A stretch of 64,000 bases of DNA, taken from the NCBI GenBank assembly GCA_030704615.1, contig CM060732.1, forward strand, positions 14,818,001 to 14,882,000, given 5' to 3'. Within the stretch, counting starts at the first letter, position 1. The number at the start of each line of letters is the position of its first letter. Positions 51,887-64,000 of the stretch are shown here, piece by piece. The notes beneath the pieces are model-generated. The model worked only from the letters and a program-made list of their open reading frames with translations, ran no database searches and was not told where the DNA came from. Source of the DNA: Takakia lepidozioides. Lineage: Eukaryota; Plantae; Bryophyta. Position numbers and translations under genes: made by a program.

Positions 51887-54500
51887 ATGGCCCCAGATGA
51901 GGACCAGACCCCTCGTCGCCCTCCTTCCGGGAAGAAGAAGAAACAACATGACAACTTGGATATGGCCCCGCGCATAACTCGTTCGACAAGGAAGAGCCGC
52001 GAGGACTGAGAGCCTCGGCGGATGTTGTTGCCTGCACCCCCTGCGGCTGCTGGTCCTGCCCCCGGAAGGCCCCCCCCCTTGCGACATGCCCCCGGCCCCC
52101 CTGCCCATCCCTCCGGCAACTTTTTATGGTACCACCCATACCACTTTATTGCAGCATGTAGTGCATGGTCCGGCAATCGCATCTGCTCATGCCCATGAGT
52201 TAGAGGTAGGGCTCACACCACCCCTATCTCCTGGGATCATTGGGGAGGGCCCTAGGAAGGGTTACCTCGATATCCCAGATGGCCCTAGCCCTACATCGCA
52301 TATAAAGGCTATCATGGAACGTTCAAGGGCAGCCCTGTTTGAGGCAACAGAGAAGGAGAGGGTGGAGCGGATGTCATCACGTACTTTGAGCCTTGGGTTG
52401 GGGTCAGAGGTGGAGGGGGTGGTGGGGGGAGTTCATCAGGGCAACATGATGCCACCACCGAGGTTGTGGTGGCGGCTATGTTGACTTTGTCCCCCGGTGA
52501 TGCGGTGCCCTCTCCCTCACATGTTCATGGGAGCACCGGTGGTGTTTCCACCTCGACTAGATGTCGTTTGGTGGATGCCGACAACCTCTTGCCAAGTTGG
52601 AATGTCGCCTCTCCCACCGAGAAGGCGGCGCTCTTGGCGCAATTGGGCATTCCCCTTGCGGCAACCATTGCCTCTGACCACCAGGTAACATATCTTATTC
52701 AAAATTGTTCTTAGTTTTTCTCGTCTTTTTTGAACTTGTGTTTAATTTGCATATGTTTTTTGAACATGTGTTTAATTTGCAGGCTGCGGCCTCTTTCAGC
52801 TCAATGCAGAGTCAGACGATGGGGGTACGGCCCCTTAAGGTCCCTCTTGTCATTGATGAGGGGGCTAGAGAGAGATGCAGGCAGAGAGAGAGAAAGTGAG
52901 GCTGTTGTTGGGAAAGGAAAAGGCCCATCAGTAGAACCCCCAAAGAAGAAAAAGAGGCCTCGCAAGGATGTCGTAGAGGTCAGAGATGTACGGGTGGGGG
53001 AGGGCACTAGTGGTCAGCCCTATGTGTCGGGAGATACAAGTGGGATTAGTGGGAAGAGCTCTGATGTGGTAGTGCCCAGTAGTGGCAAGGAGGGAGACCA
53101 AGAAGCGTAAAAAAAAAAGGAGAGAATGTTGTACTTCAGATCCCACCTTTAGAGGTGAATCTAAATGGATATCCTGTGGGGGATTTTTGGGAGGTCATGA
53201 AGAAATATGTCTTCCCAAAGGCATCTAGGTGGTTCCCTTGGCATGTAGAGTGAGACCAAATTCTACGGCGTCGTAGAGAGTTTGTGGATGAGGTAGAAGA
53301 TGTCTTTGGGGGTCATTGGCGTGAGACCCGGCTAATGGGGTTGATCGGGAGGAACTTGAGGAACAAGCGATACCGTGCGAGGATGGAGATCCGGCGGCAA
53401 CAAAGAGGGGGTTCGTTCCCGAGAGGCCTACAACCTGTTCGCATCGTCATGCGACGGATAGGGCGTCGCAATAAAACTGCGACGCTTATGGGTGCCCCCG
53501 TAAGGGGTCGCCTCGTGTGACGGGCGTGGCGTCGCAATTAATGTGCGATGCATTTTTAGAGGGTGGCGCATATATGCGATGCTCGAGGCCTCGCAATAAG
53601 CCTGCGATGCTTGTTTTTTTTTTTATAAAAAAAATTGGTGGCTTGCATCTGCGACGCCCGCAGATGCCCGGGGCGTCGCATTAAACCTGCAACGGTTTTT
53701 TTTCAAATAAAATTTTAGGGCGGCCACGCCCAGGGTGTCGCAGAGGGTCTGGTTTCTTTTGTTTTTTGCATTTGCGACTCCTGGGAGGTCGCACCAGGCC
53801 CGAATTACGATTGGGAGTTTAGGGTTAGGTTTAAGTTTAGGGAATATGGGGATTGTGCATATTTAGTATAAATGAGAGAGCACCATATCATGCGCATGCG
53901 TATATACATATATACAAATGTAAAATTGACCTCAAAGGTCATGTACATCATCCCTACTACTCACCCTGGCCCTCCGAACTCCTGGGGCTAGATCCCTCAC
54001 TAGTGTCATCACCGCGGGGGTCACCATCACGGGCGGGGTCAGCATCTGAGTCGGTCTCACTCTCACTCACATGACTCTCATCACTCTCACTACCCTTACT
54101 ATCGCCACTCTTCCTCCTTCTCCTGTTCTTGAGCATCTTACGTGCCTTCATGCGTGTAATGAGGCCAATGTACCCATGGAGCTTGGTGTACTCCACCTCC
54201 TCAACGGAGGGATGTCTCCCAAACTTTTTTGCCTACACAAGAATAGAAACAATAAAATATTAGAAAGACATACATGAAGAAAAAAACATGTAAACAATAT
54301 TGATAAGGAATGAAGATCTTACAAAGCGGGTGGCGAACAATTTGGCTCCTCTTGGGCCAAATTTGTGCGTGGAATCCCCCTTCTCTAGGCGGACAGTGGC
54401 TGCCTCGCGACCCCAAGCAAACTTTGGCTTCTTCTCGGCATCGGTCTCCTCGGCAATGAGGACCTCCCAAGACTCCTAGGCATCCATCCTCGTTTTATTA
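51887..54500. mobile_element. Degenerate CACTA/En-Spm-like relic (TnpA-like fragments and GCGACG subterminal-type repeats)
   Basis: Spliced fragments on + (53150-53400) and - (53957-54500: SWEVLI..HKFGPRG..FGRHPSVEE..LH); GCGACG/CGTCGC cluster at 53425-53800. No TIRs found. Confidence 0.4.
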
Positions 54501-54589
54501 GTTCTTCATACACATGAAAGCATGCATGAAGAGGCTTACACATGGGAAATACAATGGAAAGACAAAAGACGAAGATAACATATAGAAAG

Positions 54590-57080
54590 CTCCTGCGCTT
54601 TGACCCTCGTAGCCTCAAGCTTGGTGAGATACCTAAGAGTGGGTGACTCATAGTTATTCCCTGCAGAAGACCAAACTTGAGCTAGCAGATCAACCCTAGC
54701 TTGAGATTTAAGCAGGGACGGATTGATCTTAAAATATCCCCTCCCCTTTGTCCTAGATCCAGGAACAGTGGATAGAGAGGCAATCTCAGCTTGATCAAAG
54801 TCAGGTAACACCGGACCTAGGGGAGGGGATGTAGCCCAAGAAACAATACCACTGGTGCAATAGATCATGTCTAACCTAGCCATAACCAAATCAGGGGGTG
54901 ACCTGCAGTTAGACCAAGAGAAATGAAGGCTATTATCTTTGGGCAATGAGATGGAGCGTAGTTACGGCGTGAGCCTAGCCGCGTGAGCCCAGGGTTTAGA
55001 GGAGGGAGAAACAAGTCCTATAATCGAGGACAGGGTTTAGAGGGGGTCCTATTACCGTGGAAGCGTATATTTTGGAAGAAGAGGTGAACACGGCAAAACT
55101 TCCAAACACGGCAAACACGGCAATATACGGCAAATACGACATATTGAGTCCCTTTTAGAAGCACGACGATTGACCCAATTCCCCCAGCCCTACTTCGTCA
55201 ACCCCAAGCACTCCCCCCCCAAAGCACTTCACACAGCTGGTCCCACCCTCCACCAGCCCCAAGCGCTCCACCCTGAGACGAGCCCCAAGCCGCGTCCCAC
55301 CTGGCCCCACTCTCACCAAGCCCCAACCTTCTCTGGTCACTATTCCTGAAGTATACTCATCCTGCAGCAACCACACCACTAGTGAGTTGCTTTTTAAACC
55401 CACCAATAATAGTAGAACTATCTAGAAAGTCAACTAGTGAACTAGGGAAGATGCTAATAACCAACCTGGGCCCGCGAGTAGCGGGTTTAATGGTTCTGGA
55501 CCTAGCTGCGGGTCCGGGTCCGGTTTTTAAAATGAACCCGGTCTGGGTCCGTTATTTTTGGTGATGGCACGGGGCCGGATCCGGATAGGTAACCGGACCC
55601 TAACCAGGGTTTTTCCTATGGGATTTTGAAAAGGGGTAGGAGTGGCTATCTATATTGGGGTGTAATTATGGCCCCCTCTAGGTAATTTTCCTTCCTCGAA
55701 TTGGTAGGCTACATGTATTTCCACCCTTGCCATATTTTTGCAAATCAAATGGATTTGATGACAATAGAAGGTGAAGTACAAAATAGTTGAAAGCCATAGG
55801 ACGAATGAAACTCTTTCTATGTGAAAACCATAGGCTAATTGGTACAAATGAGGTGTATAATTCTCGCAAGACTGGCGACGAGCATCTCCTTGGGAAATGG
55901 AGGAGGCCCCACAATCCTAAACCCACTCCTCATCTGGCCCGTCAGATCATCCTACATGGGGCCCGCCATGGCTACATCTGTGCTGCCCCCGTTGGTCCAC
56001 AGACGAGGACCTTTTTGAGACCCCCAGTTTTTGGCGAAAACTGCCTTATTTGGACCTCTTTTTCCTTTTGTTCATTCACCAAGGGGAATTTCAGGCGGCC
56101 AAATGGCGAAAAATCGCCAATAAAAAAAACGCTGACCCTAACAAACCGCCGGCCGGGTACCCGGGTGAAAATCCGGACCCGCACACCACTGTCGTCGATG
56201 TCGTCAATGATCATCCTGAAATCATGATCATGAAAAAATTGAGTGTGTTGACGCACTCAGTTCTCAGCGGGGGGGGGAAGCCCCCCCCCCCCCCACAAAA
56301 CCCGTGGGGTACCCGGGGTGAAAATCCGGACCCGCTCGACACTGACGTCGATGATCATCTTGAAATCATGATCATGAAGAAATTGAGTGCATTGACACAC
56401 TCAGTTCTCCGGGGGGGGGGGGGGGGGGGGGGGCGGGTGTGGAAACATATATATATATATATTTTTCCCCCCCCCTGTTTTTTTTTTTTTTCCCAACCTG
56501 TTTTCCTTTACGAACATGGCAGTTCGCTAAGGGTTTGGGTTAGGGTTTGGGTTTGCCGTGTGTGCCAATTTGTCGTGTTTCCACGGTAATGGGTACTCAT
56601 CCGCGGAAATACACCCTGCATCTTCCCCCATTCTCGTGCCACATGGACTGGGCTCACGTCAGGCTCTTGGGCTTACAGGCTACTGGGCTCGCGTGGCTAG
56701 GCTCACACTCTAGCATTCCCCATCTGCCAAAAGGAGATCCTATCAGCAATAGCATTTGGAGCATCAATATTAACAAAGCCAATTTTGATCCCAGATCCCA
56801 ACATTGATAGATGACCGAATTGTGCTCTGCCAATCATCCATGAGTGCACATTGAGACATAAGAGGCCAGGTATGGGGAGACGAGCACCGCCGTTCCACCC
56901 CGCGAATTCTCCATAGTTCTATTCCACCAAGCCAAGTTAGTGGACCAAATCATGTGCCCAAGAGAGGAGATCTTGGCATCATTCAACTGATGCTCCTGCA
57001 AGAAGATAATGAAGTTATAAGAGAGAGGCAGCCCAGCGTTTTAGTCAGACCCTATCCCCCTTATGTTCTAGGACCTAATG
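54590..57080 (-). pseudogene. L1-like LINE APE endonuclease relic split by an insertion (56715-57080 and 54590-54946)
   Basis: NIRG, IIFLQEH, GGTAVLV and GFVNIDAPN..FW, then FSWSN..ARLD..GRGYFKINPSLL. Confidence 0.7.
54963..56712. mobile_element. Non-autonomous TIR (hAT-like) element
   Basis: Inverted ends GTGAGCCTAGCCGCGTGAGCCCAG / CTGGGCTCGCGTGGCTAGGCTCAC and ATTACCGTGGAA / TTCCACGGTAAT. No TSD seen. Confidence 0.5.
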
Positions 57081-59878
57081 TTAAAAAACATCAGCAACAT
57101 AGCAAGGGCTCGAGGATAGTTCTCGAAATGATGGTCCTGTGGAGGAATGGAGGATGACAACTGTCTTGTCATTAAGAGGGAGGGAGGAAAACCAGAAGCC
57201 AAGAGGGGGTGGAGGTGACAAGAGAGTATATAATCCAACATGGATATGAATGGACTGTTCTACCCTGAGAACTCCAATCAGAGCAGTGATATGACTAATT
57301 TTCCTTGAAGAAGGTAAGCAATTCTGGATGAACATGAGGAGACCCCCATCACATGCAAAAGAAAGCAAGATTTGTTTGGCTAGGTAATCCTGACCCAAAC
57401 CTAAAGTTATGTGAGTTAAGACACATCCCTCTGAGTTCAAAAGAACCAGAACCTGGCATGTGCATGGTGCCTTGGGGGGAAAGCAACAGGAGGACAGAGG
57501 GCGGGCAGTGTAAGCAAAGCTTACCAGAGTAGGCGGCGAAGGAGCATAGGGCGAGAGCCGCACCGTCTTCGTGGTCCTTGCGTATAGAAGAAAACTTGCT
57601 CCATCTGCTTTACGAGCTGAGGGCGACAGGGCTGGTGAAGTGGCAGAGCCCAGGATAGCAATCACCAGCATAAACCCTGCAAAAAACACTTTGCTGCTCT
57701 TAGGGAATCCTCTTGCCGAGCCATAAAAAACCTCCTTCTTTGAGAGCCATTCAAAAGCCTTTGCCATCCCCGCATCTCTCACTATGTCCTCCCACCTTAG
57801 AGCAAGCAGAGTGTGCACTATGGAAGCCGAATCAAACGGAGTTTTCCCAGAAGGACCGAAAGTGGACCGTGGCATCGTTGGACTAAGTACTGGAACTGGA
57901 AGGGTTGCTCTGCAATGATGAGAGCTCGACCTCTTTGGAAGTTGGATAGTAAGTGGCGTAGTGAGTAGTGATCCACGATCCTGCCAAACCCTCAGGGCCA
58001 TTAGTCAGCAAAATAGAGGGGGGGTTTGAAGGGCCATTGAAGCGACTTTAACCACAGCCAGATTTCGTCGCACTGCACTGTTGTTGAGTTTGAGTTTGCA
58101 AGTTGCTTGTAGTGGCGGTAGAACTAGAAGAAGCCATTGCTACGAAGATACAAAACGAATCCTGCTCTATAGCAGCTAATAGACACAATGCACGCTTGAG
58201 ATGAAGGACATATGAGAGATTGAAAATTTACAAAGGGCTTGATCTTCCCAGCACTCATAACTAGTGCGTAGACCTGCCGTCTCTCTAATCTGCTAGTCTC
58301 TGCACTGCGTCCGTTCAACTTGTGAAACAACTTGGCTCGTTATATTGCTAATGTTGTGCATCTAAGCATCGTGCCATAACATACATCGCTGTCCACCACA
58401 CAATCTAAGCACACAATCCTAGAAAGCTATGCCACAATTGATAATGAAAGTGAACACAAGGGAAACACTCCACTCATGAATCCACTCAATCACTGCTCTC
58501 TTGCAAAAAGAAAAATCCCTCACTAAGCACCACACTGTTGGAGGGGGTTAGTGACGCCCGAGCGACGCCAGGAACGTCGCAAATTGCGGATTTTGGGCAC
58601 GGCAAAAATCCCAAATCGGAGGCGTCGCATTTGCATCGCAGCGGTGACGTCGCAGAATCCACGCTTAAGGCGACGCCAGGGGGGTCGCACAATGCGCCCT
58701 CCAGGACTCCAGGGTTTGTGACGCCCTTAGCATCGCTACCACCTGCGACACCCTCATCGTCGCAAAGGGGGGGAGCGTGAGGTGCATGGAACGCGACGCT
58801 CCGAGCGTCGCATCGGAAAGCGACGCACTGTGCGTCATCCCTGCCGTCGTCGTTTCCGTGCGACTGTTTTATTTTGTGTTTTTAAATAAAAACTGTATAT
58901 TAAAATTTATTTTTGTTACATCTATTATTGCGACACATACTGCGTCGCAGTAAAAATGCGATGTTTTTTCATTTCTTTTAAAATAAAAATTATCTTTCTC
59001 AAGCTGCTCGCATGGGCGACGCCCTATGCGTCGTAGTAAAACTGCGATGCCTTTCGGGTAATTGTTTTTTCTTTTCTTTTTTTCTTTCAGGTGCCCCTCC
59101 TGTGACGCCGAGGACGTCGCATTAGAACTGCGACGCTTATAGGCGCCCAATGGGTGTCCCCCTGTGCGACGCACGAGGCGTCGCAGTAAACCAGCGACGA
59201 TTGTGGGGGGCACAATATGTGTCATAAACTAAGTCAAGCTAAGGGCACCTTTGCTAAAGGAATCCATCCTACAAAGCCCTCACCACACTCCTTCTCAATA
59301 CCTAGAGCTATGGAGGTGGGAGAGGCTCATGGAGGCTCAACTACAAGAAGATGAGCCCTCCTCAACACTCACAAGGGGAAAACCCATCCCCATGTCCCAA
59401 GTGAGGTTTGACACCTCACTTGGCATGTGAGACCAAATGAAGTCCCAACACACAAAATACAAATATAAATATCCAAAATGTCCTAGTTAACTAGAAGTAG
59501 GTAATTCTAGTTAACCATGACTAAAACCATGACAGTTGTCGTGCATCTAAGCATCGTGCCACAACATACATCGTTGTCCACCACACAATCTAAGCACACA
59601 ATCCTAGAAAGCTATGCCACAATCGCCCCCCTAGCAGGTGATTAGGTTCCTCTAACACCGGATAGCTGACAAGTATCCATCTCAATAAGATCATCGCTTG
59701 GTCTTCAATTGCACAAGTCCCAACACCTGAAGTCGATAGATCAAGATGTCGGGTGCAAACGTAGCCCCATCGTTAGTCGCCTTCATGCAATCCCTGATCT
59801 TCAGTTGAGTATCCATGGCATTGAAGCCCCACTAGCTAGACCTTGGATCAATTGTCCGCCTCACCATTGTCATGCCCA

Positions 59879-61270
59879 CTACCTATGTCCAAGGCATCGT
59901 GGACACAACCATTCTCCATTAGGAACCTCCTCAAGTGGCGGTGTCAAGCATCCCATGTGCCACCCCCTTGAGCATTTGTCACACACCAGCATGGTTACGG
60001 CACCACCAGTATGCCCACATAGCATGCAACGCAACCCTGCAGGTACCACTGTAAGGTTGGGATCTATCCTCCCATCTACATGTGGAAGGTGACATGGCGC
60101 ACAATTGCGCACATGGTCTTTCCATACCATGCCATCTCGACCCTCCAGAATCAACACTCCTGAAGGCAACACCTCTCGGACCCTTAGAATCACACGCCCT
60201 GCTGTGACATCCAAAGTCGTAGGTGCTGTCTGCTGCAGATACACATAGTCCCCAGGGTGGAAACGCCAAACACCTGGCCGATATCCCCCTCCACGTACAA
60301 TGACATACCTCAATGTGTCTCGGTGTTGGGCAATAGCAAGGTTCTCAAAAGCCATAGGCATGACTCTCTTGAACAACTCTGCCCGCTGGACACATGCTTG
60401 TGTCCACATATCCGGATCATCAAGGTTGAGGACTACTGCAGTCTCCCTGCAAATAGATGCAGGCAAATCTGGCTCTCGGCCAAAGAGAAGAAAATAAGGT
60501 GAGAATGAGGCAAGTGAAGCTTGTTTGCTGAACTTATAGCCCATAGCTAGCCAAGGCAGCTGAAGGTCCCAATCTCCTAGGTGTCCCTTCTGCAAACCAT
60601 ACTTGCGCAAACCTCTCTTGACTGTCTGAACAACTCTCTCCGCCAAGCCATCAGCCTCGGGATGATCCCGAGAAGTAGTGCGGTGATCTATCAAGGCTTG
60701 CTCACACAAAGCCTGAAACTCCCCCAAGAATTCTCTCCCCTGGTCCGTGAGTACCTTGGCTGGAGCACCAAAATGGCTAAGCACTCGATCTAAGAATGCA
60801 TACGCAGCCCCCTCACTTGCCTTGTCAGGCAATGCCACCAGTTCAATCCATTTGGAGAAGTGTTCCACCATCACCAACACATATTTGTTATGGCGAATCA
60901 TTAGTGGCAATGGGCCTGCGAAGTCAAGACTCCAATGATAGCCCAAACCCATAATGGGTAAAGGATGCAATTGTGGAGTAGGGGCGTTGAAAGAAGCCCG
61001 CACTCTATCACACACCATGCACCTTGCCACTAACTGTTGCACATCCGTGTGCATGCCCCGCCACCAATACTGCCCTTGCAGCAAACTATGAGTGCGTCGC
61101 ATCCCAAAATGTCCCAACTCCTCATGGGCATGGCGTACCAATCGCACTCGTTGTGTTGGATGAGGCACAATCCTCACTCGTCCATCCTCCCATACCCGGA
61201 GTAGGTGAGTCCCTTCCCACTTGAACCTCTTGGCTCGTTGTAGGATCCGATCTCTTTCCTTAGCAGTCAC
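59879..61270 (-). CDS. Integrase with intact C4HC3 PHD finger, copy C
   Basis: HHCC, DFAG, TDQG, GLAE and CMLCGHTGGAVTMLVCDKCSRGWHMGCLTPPLEEVPNGEWLCPRC. Confidence 0.93.
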   Translation of the reverse strand: MTAKERDRILQRAKRFKWEGTHLLRVWEDGRVRIVPHPTQRVRLVRHAHEELGHFGMRRTHSLLQGQYWWRGMHTDVQQLVARCMVCDRVRASFNAPTPQLHPLPIMGLGYHWSLDFAGPLPLMIRHNKYVLVMVEHFSKWIELVALPDKASEGAAYAFLDRVLSHFGAPAKVLTDQGREFLGEFQALCEQALIDHRTTSRDHPEADGLAERVVQTVKRGLRKYGLQKGHLGDWDLQLPWLAMGYKFSKQASLASFSPYFLLFGREPDLPASICRETAVVLNLDDPDMWTQACVQRAELFKRVMPMAFENLAIAQHRDTLRYVIVRGGGYRPGVWRFHPGDYVYLQQTAPTTLDVTAGRVILRVREVLPSGVLILEGRDGMVWKDHVRNCAPCHLPHVDGRIDPNLTVVPAGLRCMLCGHTGGAVTMLVCDKCSRGWHMGCLTPPLEEVPNGEWLCPRCLGHR

Positions 61271-61285
61271 ACTGGTTGCTGTCTC

Positions 61286-62233
61286 TCATGTACGAAGGTA
61301 GGCCAACACTGCTGCATCTTCATGCACATCCTTAGCATCACCAAGCTCCTCACTAATCTCCGGATCGTCATGCCCACCATCTACTTGACCAATGCTATGG
61401 GATGGACCAGCTTGAGCTCCCATTGCTAGGATGCACAAAAAGACAAATGCATGCCATCCTGGCACCATCTCCTCATTTGTCTCACCATGCCACCGAGCTC
61501 CAGTATCATCATGCTCGCTCGTGCATGGATTACGACTCAATCCATCTGCATCCCAATTGACAATACCGGCTCGATGCACCACCTGGAAGTCGTACTCTTG
61601 AAGCATAAGTGCCCACCGTGCAAGCTTCCATGTAAACTTGTCTGACTCCATCAACCACTTCAATGGTTGGTGATCCGTGACAAGGGTGAAGAGATTGCCA
61701 TAGAGGTAGCATCTGAAATGTGCCACTGCCCATACCGCAGCTAGACACTCCCCTTCATATGAACTATACTTTGCCTCGACATCATTGTTCGAGCGGCTAG
61801 CATATGCCACTACAAACTCTCTTCCCTCATCATCCACCTGTGTGAGCACTGCTCCAATCCCCAACATACTCCAATCCGTATGTAGTTGGAAAGGCCGCCC
61901 CCGAATAGGCCGCCTCAGAATAGGTACAGAAGTCAATCGAGCCTTGAGTTCCTCAAGGGTTTCCTCCTGTTCCTCCTCCCACTGCCACTCCTGACCCACC
62001 TTGGTCAACTGAGCCTTTGCAATGCTGCTAAATCCCTTGACAAACCGTCGATAGTAGTTTGCCAACCCCATGAAAGCATGAACTCTGCTAACATCTATGG
62101 GGCATGGAATGCATGCAATGGCCTCCACCTTTGTCTTTTGAACACTATACCGGTAGGGCCTTCGAAAAATTGGCGTGTCACTTGTCAAATCAATACGAAT
62201 CTCCTGACCCTTCAAACTCCCCAAATCCTTCAA
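61286..62233 (-). pseudogene. RT remnant (core deleted) and RNase H, copy C
   Basis: PIFRRPYRYS joined directly to VQKTKVEAI; LHTDWS and VTDHQPL present. Confidence 0.88.
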
Positions 62234-62789
62234 ACCGAAGGCAAAGCAATTTCTATAAGCCCTTAGAAATCACTGGATCCTCTGTCTCTCTCCTCCGGTG
62301 ACTGTAGGTCCAACATCTGGTTCCCAATTGTCCTCAATGACTGCAACCTTGGGTACACCAGGCTTGGAGGTAGGAGACGAATCCTTTGGTTGCTAGATAG
62401 CAACCTCTTGGGCCTTGTCCGCCCAATCTGACTATGGCATAGCCTCCACTTGCTCCGCCACAGCCACCTTGAGAACATCCTCTGAGCAAGAAACATTCTC
62501 AACCTCTTCAAAAACATTGGCCACCTTTGCTTCTAACTGATCCTCAGTGTATGGCTCTCCCCACTCCTCATATTGCTGCTTGAGAGATCCAAGGACTCTC
62601 TCTTTGCGCATCTCATCCCACATCTGCCATGGGTGTTTGCAACCCACGATCTTGTGCTCGCCTCCACTCACTGCCTCAACCGTCCCGGTTGGCAAGGAGG
62701 ATGCACCATCCAATGGGAGTGTAGAAATAGCCATCAATGCTTGCAATCTCCGTTGCTCCGCCATGCACAAGCCAATTATCCATGTCAAG

Positions 62790-63977
62790 CAATTTAGAAC
62801 CGTTGCCTAACCCAACACCTGGCGTCGTGATGCCTCTGACAGAGCTGGCACAGCTGTAGTGCCCGTGGCAAACCCCATTGCCCGCTCGCGCTCATCCGCA
62901 TCGGGCTCCGCCAATTGCTGTAGCACACTGTCCCAAATCAACCCAAGACCATTGTCTCAAAAAGCATGAGACGAGGGAAAGCTCATGAGCGTAGGCAAGG
63001 TTGTACGTGGTTGCCCCACTCGATTGACCACTGCTAGAGGTGGACGGTCATCATGTCGCACCCTCTGTAGTTGCCTCCCTTGGTCCAAAATGCCCTCAAC
63101 CGTGAGATTGGGTGGCCGTTGAATGGAATCATATGCTCTCTTGAGCAGCTATGGTGGTGCAAGATTGGTCCACCACAATCGAGGTCGATGCGTGCGTGAT
63201 CCCACCGCTGTTGCATCCAATAGCACCGGTGATCCAGTCCAAGACCGCACCTGATGCACACTGGCCATAACCCTGGCCCGAGAGTCCCCCATAAGAGGAA
63301 CATTCTCCAAAGATATAGGCTAGAGGTTGCACTTGCCTCGTCTGCAAGTCACGCAACACTCTCAACATCTCCCAAAACAAATGTGATCGTGCATCATGCA
63401 AGCCATTCCCATGACCTGCGGGAGAGTGTCATTGGCAAGGCACCTATCATTGTTGAATTGCTGAGAGAGGCAACAACTTAGGATACCAGTGTGTGAGCAA
63501 GGCGATGTGGCGCATAGAAATACACCGAGCTATCTCATCCTTCTCCACATACAAGTACTTGCGTACTTTAATCCCTGCTTGCAATACTCCTGCAAGCCCA
63601 GTGCTCATGCCTCCAAACAAGTCTAGCAAACAAATCCCTGAGTCAGGTGGTTGCCAGGTAATGGGCACTGTGTCCAAAGGAGCTAACTCAGGAGGTCCAG
63701 GTGATGTCACCGAACTCCCCTCACTCACCAATGGAAAGGCCTTCTGCCATGCTTGGTGCACACACTCGCCTGCTACTTGATGCAAATTCCCAACCGTACC
63801 CCACAGTGGAATATGCACAGGCACATGAGGACGCAAATCAGCCTTGTATGCCAATTGTTTGTCCTCATCAGGTGATGGTCTATCATCTGCATGGCTATTG
63901 CCCTCCAAGAGCTCACCACCCCAAGCCACCACCCCTGAGAATGCAGCCAATGTGGGCATCATGTTCTTATGATCCAC
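62790..63977 (-). pseudogene. Degenerate DNMT domain, copy C
   Basis: LDLFGGMSTG, PCQ*HSPAG, LFWEMLRVL and ERERAMGF, with frameshifts and a deletion. Confidence 0.85.
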
Positions 63978-64000
63978 CGCTACATTCCCAATAAACCACA

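Larger units (their letters stand above)
58352..64000 (-). mobile_element. Ty3/Gypsy-like DNMT+PHD retrotransposon, copy C (diverged subfamily; 3' half)
   Basis: Y2 58352-58436, X2 58439-59534, Y1 59537-59621, PPT, then IN-PHD, RH, RT remnant and degenerate DNMT. Confidence 0.92.

Noticed and set aside
53815-53842. Telomere-like TTTAGGG motifs (also ~54993 and ~56530)
   Set aside because: Short, degenerate and inside TE relics; not arrays.
57081-58001. 306-aa ORF
   Set aside because: No domain recognised; lies directly upstream of the L1 endonuclease relic and is probably decayed ORF1/UTR.

Overview
Eukaryotic DNA, most likely from a non-seed plant or streptophyte alga (spliced genes, squalene-hopene cyclase fragment), dominated by nested retroelements. 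Three minus-strand copies of one Ty3/Gypsy-like lineage are present: A (<1-7319), B (12367-24097, complete, 4-bp TSD TTGA) and C (58352->64000). The lineage encodes gag-protease-DNMT3-like C5 methyltransferase-RT-RNaseH-DDE integrase-PHD, plus an extra upstream ORF. Its ends are not ordinary LTRs but split direct repeats (X...PPT-Y-X-Y, Y = 85 bp in both B and C). The PBS position holds a self-complementary, covarying sequence rather than a tRNA site, and the 5' leader has a variable slot filled with host gene fragments (SHC in A; LeuRS, MED4, RPL17 in B). B interrupts a Naiad/Chlamys-like Penelope element with 1.6-kb pseudo-LTRs (9841-29044). Five 5'-truncated RTE/RTEX-like LINE copies sit at (GA)n or TC-rich sites, two of them inside an intron of a DExH6-like R3H/ankyrin RNA helicase gene (31517-46525). 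Also present: a plastid-type dual-specificity phosphatase gene, an H3.3-like pseudogene, and L1, CACTA-like and hAT-like relics. All alignments and counts were done by eye.
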